NCBI GenBank assembly: GCA_963662435.1
Contig: OY759598.1
Coordinates: forward strand, 3,566,507-3,630,506
DNA length: 64,000 nt
DNA from: Dehalococcoidia bacterium
Lineage (GTDB): Bacteria; Chloroflexota; Dehalococcoidia; Lucifugimonadales; VXLM01
Reading direction: 5' to 3'
Shown: piece after piece, positions 48,428-57,898 of the stretch
Numbering within the stretch: position 1 is the first letter of the stretch
How the letters are laid out: the number at the start of each line of letters is the position of its first letter
Position numbers and translations under genes: made by a program
Notes under the pieces: generated by a model
Told to the model about the DNA's origin: nothing
Databases searched by the model: none
Seen by the model: the letters and a program-made list of their open reading frames with translations, nothing else

Positions 48428-48554
48428 ATGGACGAAGATTCACCACTGAGGACACAGAGATCACAGAGGGAAGGGAGGGGTAGTTCGGAGGCAGGGGAGA
48501 TAGCCCTTCGACGGGCTGGGGGAGCGTGTGTTGGATTGTCAGCCGACGCGTGGA

Positions 48555-51500
48555 CTAATGGCCAAAGGTGCGTCGGCGATAGACGATGTAGAGGCCGACG
48601 AGTATGGCGACGGCGAGTATTCCGACGAAGGCGATGCCGATAATCAGCCCGAGGTTGGATCCGGCATCTTCGGGTTCGATCGGGACCTCGACGACGGCAG
48701 TGGGCGTCGCGGTAACGATGATAATGATGGGCGTCACCGTGGGTGTCGCGGTCGGCGGCACGGGGGTAGGCGTATTGGTAGGCACGGACGTGGGAGTTTG
48801 GGTTGGCACCGGCGTCGGCGTAGGGGTCGATGTTGGGGGAACGGGCGTTGCCGTTGGCGGCACCGGAACCGGCGTTGGCGGCACGGGCGTTGGCGTAAAC
48901 GTTGGCAAGGGTGTGGGAGTGCTCGTAGGGACCGGCGTGGGCGTGTTTGTGGGTGTGGCGGTAGGAGGCACCGGTGTCGGGGTGGGGGTGCATACCGGAA
49001 TAGCCGGAAGGGTTGGAAGGACGACAAGGAAAGTGGTCGAGTTGTTGCTTTCGTCCGATTCCTCCACCTGTGACGTTGCGTCCAACACGATGGTGTTTTC
49101 TCCGGATGTGATTCCGGTAACCTGCAGGACTGCGGAATCTAATGCTCCTAGTTCTGCCACGGCAGCGCGGGAGACCCCGTTGATCTCCACGACGAAGGGA
49201 CCAGAGGATGCAGACCCATCGTTGCGGACGACAAGGCTGAAGGTGATTGGAGGGAACTCCGGCTCGGCGCCGCTGGACCTGCAGACGGGCGGCTGGCCGA
49301 TTACGTACTGCACGCCAGCGTGCACGAGGTCGGGCAGGGGACGGGGAGTCGGGGATGGTGTCGCAGTCGGTGTGGGTTCCGGTGTGGGGGTCGGGGTTGG
49401 GACCTGAGTCGGCGTGTCGGTCGGGGCGGGCGTCGGGGTCGGTTCCTCTACGACGGGGGCGGCGATGACGCGGATGCGGTCGTTCTGATTGTCTGCGAAG
49501 TAGAGATTGCCCTCTGCGTCGACCGCCAAGCCCAGGGGACGGTTCAGGGATGCGGAGAGGGGGGGGCCGCCATCACCTGCAAATGTGATGATGCCGTTTC
49601 CGGCAACGGTGGTCATGGTACCGTCTGACTTAATTGCTCGGATGCGATGGTCGAGGGCGTCTGAGATGAAGACGTTGCCATCTGGGTCCGCAGCCACCCT
49701 TCGAGGCGCCGACATACTTGCCTCGGTTGCAGGCCCGCCGTCCCCGGCGTAGATCACACTGCCGTTACCGGCGATGGTGGAGATAGTCCTATCGTCGGCA
49801 TCCACGCGGCGAATTCTGCGATTTCCGGTATCGGCAATTATGATGTTGCCGTTCGAGTCAACGGCAACTCCCTCAGGCCTGGCGAGTCTGGCCCTACTTG
49901 CCGCGCCTCTGTCTCCGCCGAAGCCCGATTGGTTGTTACCGGCCAGCGTTGATATCTGGTTGGTATCCAGGTCAATCACACGGATGCGGTTGTTCCTGGA
50001 GTCGGCCAAATAGAGGTTGTCGTCTTCATCGATGGCGAGTGCCTTTGGACCATTTAGGCTAGCCTCTTTGGCATTAATGTTCTCGCCCTTAAAGGAAGCG
50101 TGACCGTCGCCTGCTATTCTGCTTATGACTCCGCTAACAATGTCCAACTTGAGCACGCGGTTGTTGGCTGTGTCGGCAATGTACAGATCACCATTGGAGT
50201 CGAAGGCTAAGCCTTCCGGCGAATTCAGGCGAGCGCCTGTGCCCTGACCACCTTCTCCCAAACTTCCGGCTACTCCAGTTCCTGCGACAGTCCGTATCAG
50301 GCCTGTTTCGCGGTCTATGCGGCGCACCCGATGATTGGCGGTATCTGAGAAATAGATATTTCCATCAGAGTCAATTGCAACATCGCTGGGAAAGTGGAGT
50401 GTTGCATTTGCCGCCGGAGCCTGTTCACCGGAGAAAGACCTTTCTCCATTTCCAGCGACAGTGACCAGTATGGATATCCTCCTCTCACCAGGAAAGACTA
50501 GGGCTCTCACTCTATTATTGTCGGTGTCGGAGATGAATATCTCGCCGTCAGAATTGACATCGACGCCTGATGGCGAGTCAAGACTCGATAAGAGGGGGGC
50601 CTTGTTTTCGCCGTCATATCCCGGCGACCCGTCGAAGGAACCGACCTCGGTAAGAACCAGCGCCTCATCAATGAGGTTGTTGAGGACAATTCTCCGAACG
50701 AGATTATTGCCGGTGTCGGCGACATAGAGATTTCTCTGGTGATTGTCGAGTGTGATGCTCCGGGGGGTTCGCAGTACGGCACTGCGCGCTCTGCTGATGC
50801 CCGCCACGGTAATCGGATCGACGGCGGCGCCCCTCATGCCTGCGAGGGTATCTATGATGCCTTGGGTGTCAACCAGGCGGATGAGGTGGTTGCCGGTGTC
50901 TGCAATGTAGACCCTGCCTAGGTCATCCACGGCCACATCTTCGGGCCGAAACAGGTCTGCCTCTCTGGCCAGCCCGAGGTCACCTCCGGACCCTGAAATG
51001 CCAATGCCGGCGATGGTGGTTATGATTCCACTAAACGCGTCGACTTTTCGAATCCTATTATTGTACGTATCTGCGATGTATATGTTGCCGTAGCGGTCTA
51101 CGTCCACTCCATGAGGAGAGGTAAAGGTGGCATACAGCGCGGGACCGCCGTCGCCATCGAAGCCGGCGCTGCCGGAACCCGCGACGGTGGTGATAAGTCC
51201 GGTTGCGAGGTTGATTTTTCCAATGCGGTGATTAGCGGAGTCCGCGAAGTAGAGGTTGTCATTGATGTCGATGGCCATCCCGAATGGCGAGTGTATTGTG
51301 GCAGCGGATGCGGGGCCACCGTCTCCGGAGTAGCCCGGAGTACCATTTCCCGCAATGGTCGAGATTGTGTTTCGTTCATTGTCGATCTTGCGGATTCGAT
51401 GAGCCCCGCTGTCGGCGACGTAGATGTTGCCGAGGCTGTCTACTACGACGCCGGCCGGAGAGGCAAGGGCGGCGAGCGTGGGTGTGCTGTCGTCACCTAC

Positions 51501-51617
51501 ACCACCTCCCGCGACGGTCGAAATGTTGCCGGTCTGGGCATGAGTAGGCATGACGAGGAGGACCAGCGCTGCGAAGACCGCAGCCGCGATGAGTCCTGCT
51601 GTAGAGGTGCGGGTCAC
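48555..51617 (-). CDS. Surface-anchored NHL-repeat protein with CARDB-like domain, Pro/Thr-rich linkers and C-terminal TM anchor
   Basis: Signal peptide; about a dozen 'TVAG.G...GDGG.A..A.L..P..VAVD..GN.YIAD..N.RIR' repeats; 'LPDLV...ESDESNN'; PT tracts; TM followed by RRR. Confidence 0.85.
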   Translation of the reverse strand: MTRTSTAGLIAAAVFAALVLLVMPTHAQTGNISTVAGGGVGDDSTPTLAALASPAGVVVDSLGNIYVADSGAHRIRKIDNERNTISTIAGNGTPGYSGDGGPASAATIHSPFGMAIDINDNLYFADSANHRIGKINLATGLITTVAGSGSAGFDGDGGPALYATFTSPHGVDVDRYGNIYIADTYNNRIRKVDAFSGIITTIAGIGISGSGGDLGLAREADLFRPEDVAVDDLGRVYIADTGNHLIRLVDTQGIIDTLAGMRGAAVDPITVAGISRARSAVLRTPRSITLDNHQRNLYVADTGNNLVRRIVLNNLIDEALVLTEVGSFDGSPGYDGENKAPLLSSLDSPSGVDVNSDGEIFISDTDNNRVRALVFPGERRISILVTVAGNGERSFSGEQAPAANATLHFPSDVAIDSDGNIYFSDTANHRVRRIDRETGLIRTVAGTGVAGSLGEGGQGTGARLNSPEGLAFDSNGDLYIADTANNRVLKLDIVSGVISRIAGDGHASFKGENINAKEASLNGPKALAIDEDDNLYLADSRNNRIRVIDLDTNQISTLAGNNQSGFGGDRGAASRARLARPEGVAVDSNGNIIIADTGNRRIRRVDADDRTISTIAGNGSVIYAGDGGPATEASMSAPRRVAADPDGNVFISDALDHRIRAIKSDGTMTTVAGNGIITFAGDGGPPLSASLNRPLGLAVDAEGNLYFADNQNDRIRVIAAPVVEEPTPTPAPTDTPTQVPTPTPTPEPTPTATPSPTPRPLPDLVHAGVQYVIGQPPVCRSSGAEPEFPPITFSLVVRNDGSASSGPFVVEINGVSRAAVAELGALDSAVLQVTGITSGENTIVLDATSQVEESDESNNSTTFLVVLPTLPAIPVCTPTPTPVPPTATPTNTPTPVPTSTPTPLPTFTPTPVPPTPVPVPPTATPVPPTSTPTPTPVPTQTPTSVPTNTPTPVPPTATPTVTPIIIIVTATPTAVVEVPIEPEDAGSNLGLIIGIAFVGILAVAILVGLYIVYRRRTFGH

Positions 51618-51838
51618 GTAGTCACTCCGAGAGTCGCTGGTCCCTTCGCGATGTGTGGTAGGAGTCTATCGTAGGTGGTTGAGCGGAAATCCGCTAGGGA
51701 TTAATCGATATCTTATACAGAAATTGGAACTCAACCAATTTGGGAATTGGCCCTTAGGCGGGGTATACACAGGGAGGTTATTCTAGGAAGAATCACTGAG
51801 ATGGTGACTTTGCCCTTCGACGGGACTTCGATTAACTG

Positions 51839-51881
51839 CGGGAACCCCCCCTCTCTGTATCTCTCCTCCGGCGGGGGAGAG
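51839..51881 (+). repeat. Repeat GGGAACCCCCCTCTCTGTATCTCTCC..CGGCGGGGGAGAG
   Basis: Related copies at about 47832-47869 and 42444-42485 (inside a CDS); partial inverted copy at about 7984-8007. Confidence 0.7.
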
Positions 51882-52000
51882 ATTAAAGGTGATTGCATGG
51901 CAATTGCTGACACCCCGGCATGGTCCCAAACGTGGGGTGTAACGCCGCTCAGGGCGAACGGGGTGGTGTTGAGAGGCTCAGCTGTGATGGCGGGTTACTC

Positions 52001-52027
52001 TGGATTCCCGCGTTCGCGGGAATGACG
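52001..52027. repeat. RS3-like palindrome TGGATTCCCGC.TTCGCGGGAATGACG
   Basis: Family members at 235-260, 6817-6843, 48290-48316, 60201-60225, 63563-63616. Confidence 0.8.
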
Positions 52028-52126
52028 GTATGGGGTTGGCAGAAAGGGCGATTCGCGAATCGCCCCTATGGGGGAATGGAGGGTGACGGCCTTGCGGAGG
52101 AGGGCAAGTGCGGGTAGATTACGCGC

Positions 52127-52783
52127 ATGATCGGACTCATTGGCGGCACCGGACCGGAGGGAAGGGGGCTGGCGTTGCGTTTCGCGCTGGCCGGTCAGGA
52201 TGTGCTCATCGGGTCGCGGGAGGCGATGCGCGCCGACGATGCGGCGAAACGAGTGGCAAAGCAGTTGTCCGGCGTGTCGGTCCTGGGAGGGCTGAACGAG
52301 GACGCAGCGACGCGATCGGACATGGTTGTTGTAACGGTCCCATACGCCGCACAGCGCCCCGTTCTTCGACCGCTTGCCGACGCGTTGGCGGGGAAGATTG
52401 TCGTCACCACTGTCGTACCTCTGCGGGTTGACAAGAGTGGCGCGGGCTACCTGCCCTTGGAATCGGGTTCGGCGGCGATGGAAGCGCAGGAGACGTTGCC
52501 GGATTCCAGGGTCGTGGCGGCATTCCAGACCATAAGCGCGCATGACCTGCTGGACCCGAAGCAACGTATCGAGTCAGATGTGGTCGTGTGCTCTGATGAT
52601 GTTGAGGCCAAGGAGGAGGTCGCAGCCCTGGCGAGGGGAATTCCGGGCATCCGCGCGGTTGACGGGGGAGGTCTGAGAAATGCGGTGTTCGTCGAGCACA
52701 TTACTCCGTTGTTGCTGAATATCAACAAGGTGTACGGAGGACGCTCGGCAGTGAGGTTTACGGGGCTGGAAGGGAAGGGGTAA
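52127..52783 (+). CDS. npdG: NADPH-dependent F420 reductase
   Basis: 'IGGTGPEGRGLALR', 'IGSR', 'VVAAFQTISA', 'VDGGGLRNA..VE.IT.LL..IN..Y'. Confidence 0.88.
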   Translation: MIGLIGGTGPEGRGLALRFALAGQDVLIGSREAMRADDAAKRVAKQLSGVSVLGGLNEDAATRSDMVVVTVPYAAQRPVLRPLADALAGKIVVTTVVPLRVDKSGAGYLPLESGSAAMEAQETLPDSRVVAAFQTISAHDLLDPKQRIESDVVVCSDDVEAKEEVAALARGIPGIRAVDGGGLRNAVFVEHITPLLLNINKVYGGRSAVRFTGLEGKG

Positions 52784-52856
52784 GGGTGTCGCGCAAGGGT
52801 CTACGGAGTACTAACGGGCGCCCAGACGACAGTGCCAGCCGGTGAGGGGTCTAGTA

Positions 52857-52967
52857 GGTTGCACATGATTTTGATATTGCGATTCCCCCTCTCCCTCACC
52901 CTAGCCCTCTCCCTCGATGGGAGAGGGGATAAAACGGCAACTGGCAGTTCATCATATTCAAGTTGAC
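52857..52967 (+). repeat. ~110 bp MITE-like dispersed element, copy C
   Basis: Matches 39866-39970 and the reverse complement of 7745-7833. Confidence 0.85.
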
Positions 52968-53005
52968 TGTGTGCTGGTAGGTTGGGGGCTGAATGATGAA
53001 TCGAA

Positions 53006-54163
53006 ATGGAGATGTCTACGATGAATGAACCGACATATGACCTGATTATCCGGGCGGGCCGGGTGTTTTGCGCCGACGTGGGGTTGGACGGTCCGGGGGC
53101 CGTCGCGGTGAAGGGCGACAGGATCGTGGCGACGGGTCCGGACGTTTCGGGGACGGCGGTAAAGACGCTGGAGTATTCGGACGGGCTGCTGCTGCCGGGT
53201 CTGATCGATCTTCATACTCATCCGGCGCCATCGGACTGGAAGTATGGCATCGATCCGGATGTGGAGATCCTGCCGCGCGGGGCTACGACGATACTTTCTC
53301 AGGGCGACTGCGGGGCGGATGACTGGCCATTCTACCGGGACACAATCATTCAAGGGTCGAAGACGAGAGTGCGGCTGGCGATGAGTGTGGCGCGGGGAGG
53401 AGAGCGTGTACCGGACAGAGTAGCATTCGGCAACTTGGATGATCTGGACGTGGACGCGGGGGTGGATGCGATCGAAGATGGCGGAGACCTGATCTGGGGA
53501 CTATCCGTTAATGCGAGCCAGGCTGCATCCGGGGACGCTGATCCCAGGGTGGTGGTACAGCGCACGATTGAAATTGCCGAAAGGACGAGTAGGCCGATTC
53601 TGTTCGGCAACCGGTGGGAGCCCTATGACTGGCCCATTGCAGAGCAGCTTGATCTTCTCAGGAGCGGGGACGTGCTGACCTACTGTTTCCATAGCGGTCC
53701 GAACGGCATCGTGGAAGACGGCAAGGTGATTGACGCCGCGTGGCGCGCACGTGAGCGCGGAGTGATGTTCGACGTGGGGCATGGCATGGCATCGTACGAC
53801 TTTCCCACGGTTGAGGCGGCCATCGCTGACGGGTTCCTGCCGGACACTATTTCCACCGACCAGTACGTCCGGCATGTTGGCTCCAATCCGCAGCACGATC
53901 TACCAAGGACGATCTCCAAACTGCTTGCGGCGGGCATGGAGGAGCGAGACGCGTTCGCCCGCGCGACGCTACGTCCGAGCGAGGTGCTGGGCATGGCGGG
54001 AGAGATTGGGACGCTGAGAGTCGGGTCGTGTGCGGATCTGGCGGTGCTGAAATGGGATGAAGACGCGCTTCCGCTGGCGGACGTTGCGGGGGCCACGAGG
54101 CCCGGAGGTTGCTATCTCCCGGTGATGACGGTGCGGGCAGGCGAGACGATTCCCGGCAGCTAG
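53006..54163 (+). CDS. Amidohydrolase/deacetylase family metallohydrolase (dihydroorotase-like)
   Basis: 'PGLIDLHTH', 'LRSGDVLTYCFH', 'FDVGHG..S.DF', 'PDTISTD'. Confidence 0.85.
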   Translation: MEMSTMNEPTYDLIIRAGRVFCADVGLDGPGAVAVKGDRIVATGPDVSGTAVKTLEYSDGLLLPGLIDLHTHPAPSDWKYGIDPDVEILPRGATTILSQGDCGADDWPFYRDTIIQGSKTRVRLAMSVARGGERVPDRVAFGNLDDLDVDAGVDAIEDGGDLIWGLSVNASQAASGDADPRVVVQRTIEIAERTSRPILFGNRWEPYDWPIAEQLDLLRSGDVLTYCFHSGPNGIVEDGKVIDAAWRARERGVMFDVGHGMASYDFPTVEAAIADGFLPDTISTDQYVRHVGSNPQHDLPRTISKLLAAGMEERDAFARATLRPSEVLGMAGEIGTLRVGSCADLAVLKWDEDALPLADVAGATRPGGCYLPVMTVRAGETIPGS

Positions 54164-54251
54164 GGAAAAGCCAGAGGTTACGGGCGACCACAGGTGAGGA
54201 ATGGAGTATGTAGCGATCAGGCGTCAGCCGGATCAGTACCTATTCGCCATC

Positions 54252-55343
54252 TCAATTGGAACTCAAGTCTACACCGCCGAACTGTTCGGAGGTTCCGCTC
54301 AGACCTGGCAGTGAGAGCTCCTGGGCGCGATGACATGCTACCCAATGGCCGGGGGAGTCTTCGACGAATTCCGGCGTCTCTTCGGTGCAGATGTCAACTT
54401 TGTAGGCGCACCGAGGGTTGAAGTAGCATCCGGACGGAGGGTTAGCCGGGCTCGCAACCTCTCCTTCGAGAACAAAGGTCTGTTTGCGGACCTTCGGGTC
54501 GGGGACCGGCACCGACTGGAGGAGTGCGGAGGTGTAGGGATGCTTGGGATTGCTGAACAGTTCTTCGGTGGCCGCCAGTTCGACCATCTTGCCGACGTAC
54601 ATGACGGCGACGCGGTCTGCGATGTGGCGGACGACGCTGAGGTCGTGAGCGACGAAGAGGTAAGTGAGGCTCAGCTGTTCCTGCAGGTCGGACAGGAGGT
54701 TGATGACCTGTGCCTGAACGGAGACGTCAAGGGCGGAGACGGGCTCGTCTGCAACGACCAGACGCGGGTTCAAGGCCAGGGCTCTTGCGATGCCGATGCG
54801 CTGACGCTCGCCGCCGCTGAAGGCGTGCGGGAAGCGCCGCATGTATTCAGGTCGCAGTCCAACGAGTCGCAGGAGCTCGGCGACGCGCTCGGACCGAGTT
54901 CTCAGGCTGCGTTCGCCGTGGACCAGGAGCGGCTCACCTACGATATCCAGGAGGGACATGCGTGGGTTGAGCGACGTGAAGGGGTCCTGGAAGATCATCT
55001 GCATGTCTTTGCGGAGCTCACGCAGGGGACCCTTGCCGATGGCCCCGATGTCGAGGACCTGACCGTCCTCGGTGCGGTAGAGAATTTCACCGCTGCTGGG
55101 GTCGATGGCGCGCATGATGCAGCGGGAGGTGGTGGTCTTGCCGCAACCGCTCTCGCCCACCAGGCCCAGCGTCTCGCCCTGCTGGATGGTGAAGCTGACG
55201 TCGTCGACGGCTCGGACGTGTCCGACGACCCTCTTGAGGAAGCCCCGAGTAATGGGGAAGTACTTCCTGAGGTTCTGGACATCGAGCAGATTACGTCGCT
55301 CGGCTATAAAGCTCTGGGTTTGGTCGATGCTCTCCTCAGCCAC
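54252..55343 (-). CDS. Oligopeptide/dipeptide ABC transporter ATP-binding protein (OppF-like)
   Basis: 'GESGCGKTT', 'FSGGERQRIGIARA', 'HPYT..LL..VP', Cys-rich C-terminal domain. Confidence 0.92.
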   Translation of the reverse strand: MAEESIDQTQSFIAERRNLLDVQNLRKYFPITRGFLKRVVGHVRAVDDVSFTIQQGETLGLVGESGCGKTTTSRCIMRAIDPSSGEILYRTEDGQVLDIGAIGKGPLRELRKDMQMIFQDPFTSLNPRMSLLDIVGEPLLVHGERSLRTRSERVAELLRLVGLRPEYMRRFPHAFSGGERQRIGIARALALNPRLVVADEPVSALDVSVQAQVINLLSDLQEQLSLTYLFVAHDLSVVRHIADRVAVMYVGKMVELAATEELFSNPKHPYTSALLQSVPVPDPKVRKQTFVLEGEVASPANPPSGCYFNPRCAYKVDICTEETPEFVEDSPGHWVACHRAQELSLPGLSGTSEQFGGVDLSSN

Positions 55344-56388
55344 TTGTGCCTACCTCTTCAGGGGAATGATGAAGGAAACAGCTGACCATTTGGTTTGTCC
55401 CTTCCAGGGGCTGGAATACGGGGACGTTGCGGTCGCAGACGCCTTCAATGTAGTTGGGACAGCGCGGTCTGAACGTGCATCCCGACGGCCTGTTGAAGGG
55501 GTGCGGGATGGTGCCTCGTATGGAGGGGAGGCGTTCGACGTTCCTGGTGTAAATGCTGGGGATGGACCTGAGCAGCCCCTGGGTATAGGGGTGCTGCGGG
55601 TTGTAGAAGATGTCTTCAACGGGTCCGGACTCTACGGCCCTGCCGAGGTACATTACGACGACGCGGTCGGCCATTTCCGCGATCACTCCGAGGTTGTGGG
55701 TGATGAGGATGACGGCCATTCCGGTGTCTTGCTGGAGCTGTCTGAGGAGTTCGAGGATCTGGGCCTGGGTGGTCACGTCGAGTGCGGTGGTGGGTTCGTC
55801 GGCGATGAGCAGCTGGGGTTCGGCTGAGAGGGCCATAGCGATCATGGCGCGCTGGCGGAGGCCGCCGCTCAACTGGAAGGCGTATTCCTTCAGGCGCTGC
55901 TCTGCGTTGGGTATGCCCACCATCTGCAGGAGCTCGATGGAGCGGTCCTGGATGCCCTGTTCGGAGAGGTCGGTGTGGAGCCTGATGGCCTCGCCGATCT
56001 GGTTGCCCACGGTGTGGAGCGGGCTGAAGGAGGTCATGGGCTCCTGGAAGATGAGCGCGATGCCGGCGCCACGGATGGCGCGCATCAGTCTACTGTTGGG
56101 GTCAAGGGATGTGATGTCGATCTCTCTGTCGTCGGGCAGACGCCAGAGGATTTCACCTTCCTCGACCCTCCCGGGCTTATCGATGATGTTGAGGACTGCG
56201 CGGCCCACGGTGCTCTTGCCGCATCCGCTCTCACCGACGACCCCGAGGGTCTCGCCCTGTTTGATCTCGAAGTCAACGCCGTCTACCGCCCTGACGACAC
56301 CTTCGTCCGTGGGGTAGTAGATCTTCAGATCATTGATCTGAATTACCGCATCTTCCGCTAGTCTGCTTCCGTTTGTTGCTGTAGTCAT
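55336..56388 (-). CDS. Oligopeptide/dipeptide ABC transporter ATP-binding protein (OppD-like)
   Basis: 'GESGCGKST', 'LSGGLRQRAMIAMAL', 'ADEPTTALDVT'. Confidence 0.92.
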   Translation of the reverse strand: MTTATNGSRLAEDAVIQINDLKIYYPTDEGVVRAVDGVDFEIKQGETLGVVGESGCGKSTVGRAVLNIIDKPGRVEEGEILWRLPDDREIDITSLDPNSRLMRAIRGAGIALIFQEPMTSFSPLHTVGNQIGEAIRLHTDLSEQGIQDRSIELLQMVGIPNAEQRLKEYAFQLSGGLRQRAMIAMALSAEPQLLIADEPTTALDVTTQAQILELLRQLQQDTGMAVILITHNLGVIAEMADRVVVMYLGRAVESGPVEDIFYNPQHPYTQGLLRSIPSIYTRNVERLPSIRGTIPHPFNRPSGCTFRPRCPNYIEGVCDRNVPVFQPLEGTNQMVSCFLHHSPEEVGTSG

Positions 56389-56402
56389 ATGCTCGCTCTG
56401 TA

Positions 56403-57551
56403 TTACTTGCCGTACGGGTCGGCTGCGTCTCGCAGGCCGTCTCCCAAGAAGTTGAACGCAAGGATTACGACGATAACCGGGATTGCTACGAACATGAGCC
56501 ACGGGTAGAGTGCCACGACCGTGGGCTGCTGGGCCTGGATGAGCATGATGCCGTAGCTCACGGCAGGTGGCCTGAGGCCCAGGCCGAGGAAGGACAAGCT
56601 CGTTTCGCCGATAATCATGCCCGGGATCGAGAGGCTCATGCCAGCGATAAGGTGGCTGTAGAAGCCGGGGAGCATGTGCCTGAACATGATCCGGCTCTCT
56701 GAGGCGCCGGCAATACGCGCGGCCATCACGTAGTCTTCCTCCCGCAGGGCGAGGAATTTGCCGCGGACTGTTCGGGCCATGCTAGTCCATCCGAAGATGG
56801 ACAGGATTACGGTAATGGCCAAATAGACCTGGATCACGGACCAGTGCTGCGGGACGGCGGCGGAAAGCCCCATCCACAGGGGCAGTGTGGGGATTGCGCT
56901 CATGACCTCGATGATGCGCTGGATCAGCGTGTCGATCCAACCTCCGTAGTATCCGGATATGCCGCCCATGACGACTCCGAATATGAAGGAAATGGCGACA
57001 CCGAGGAGTCCAATCGAAAGAGACACTCTATTTGCGAGCATGAGCCGCGACCAAGAGTCGCGTCCCACGTCGTCACTTCCCAGGAGGAATATGGAAGGGC
57101 GCTCCTCGTACACGGATGTGTCACTAAAGCCGATGAGATGCCGGTCAGTCTCTATGAATCCGAGGAACTTATACTCAAAACCCTTTGTAAAGAACCCAAT
57201 GTCGATTTTGACATCCGAGATTTCATCGTACTTTCTCTGGAACGTTTCCGGATCTCGATAGGACTCCAACCCGTTTACGTGGGGCCGGAAGGAGCCGCCA
57301 TCGAAGAATCTAATAGGCTGCGGCCGCAAATAGTGGTAGGACTCGGAAATTCTTGCCGGGTCACCTGTGCCCATGAATTCGGCTAGGGGAAACATCAGAT
57401 AGAAGGCGGCGAGGAGAAGACCGGAGAAGACGGCTGGCTTGTGCTTGCGGAACCGCCACCACATCAACTGCCACTGGGAGGCAACGGTAAATTCTTCCTC
57501 GTCGAGCTGCGCTTGCGCTGCATCTACGGCAACTTGCTCTGCCATACGCAT
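56403..57551 (-). CDS. Oligopeptide ABC transporter permease (OppC-like)
   Basis: 'SQWQLMWWRFRKHK', 'LGSDDVGRD', EAA loop 'YVMAARIAGAS', 'ETSLSFLGLG'. Confidence 0.9.
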   Translation of the reverse strand: MRMAEQVAVDAAQAQLDEEEFTVASQWQLMWWRFRKHKPAVFSGLLLAAFYLMFPLAEFMGTGDPARISESYHYLRPQPIRFFDGGSFRPHVNGLESYRDPETFQRKYDEISDVKIDIGFFTKGFEYKFLGFIETDRHLIGFSDTSVYEERPSIFLLGSDDVGRDSWSRLMLANRVSLSIGLLGVAISFIFGVVMGGISGYYGGWIDTLIQRIIEVMSAIPTLPLWMGLSAAVPQHWSVIQVYLAITVILSIFGWTSMARTVRGKFLALREEDYVMAARIAGASESRIMFRHMLPGFYSHLIAGMSLSIPGMIIGETSLSFLGLGLRPPAVSYGIMLIQAQQPTVVALYPWLMFVAIPVIVVILAFNFLGDGLRDAADPYGK

Positions 57552-57898
57552 CCCCTTTAAGTTTCACTAGGCGAAACTGTGAACAGTCTCCCTTGCTCCG
57601 TAAGGGCCCCCGCACACAGCAACTCCAGCGGCAGGCGCTGAGACCCGGTTCGTGCATACAATAGTACACGTTTCCCAACCGAACCGGCTGGGTGAACCCG
57701 AATGCAACACTATACTATTGTTTCTAACGTGTCAAGCGTGAGAATATGCTCCATTTCGACAGGCCGATTCTCGCTTCATTTCCTTGCTCCGGCGATGTTT
57801 CGCAGAGCTTGAAACACGGCCACAATCCGTCCTTTGACGGGCATCCGTCTCGACCGTATACTTCGGGCGGTTCCAGAGTCTCTTGAGGACGGCATGAC

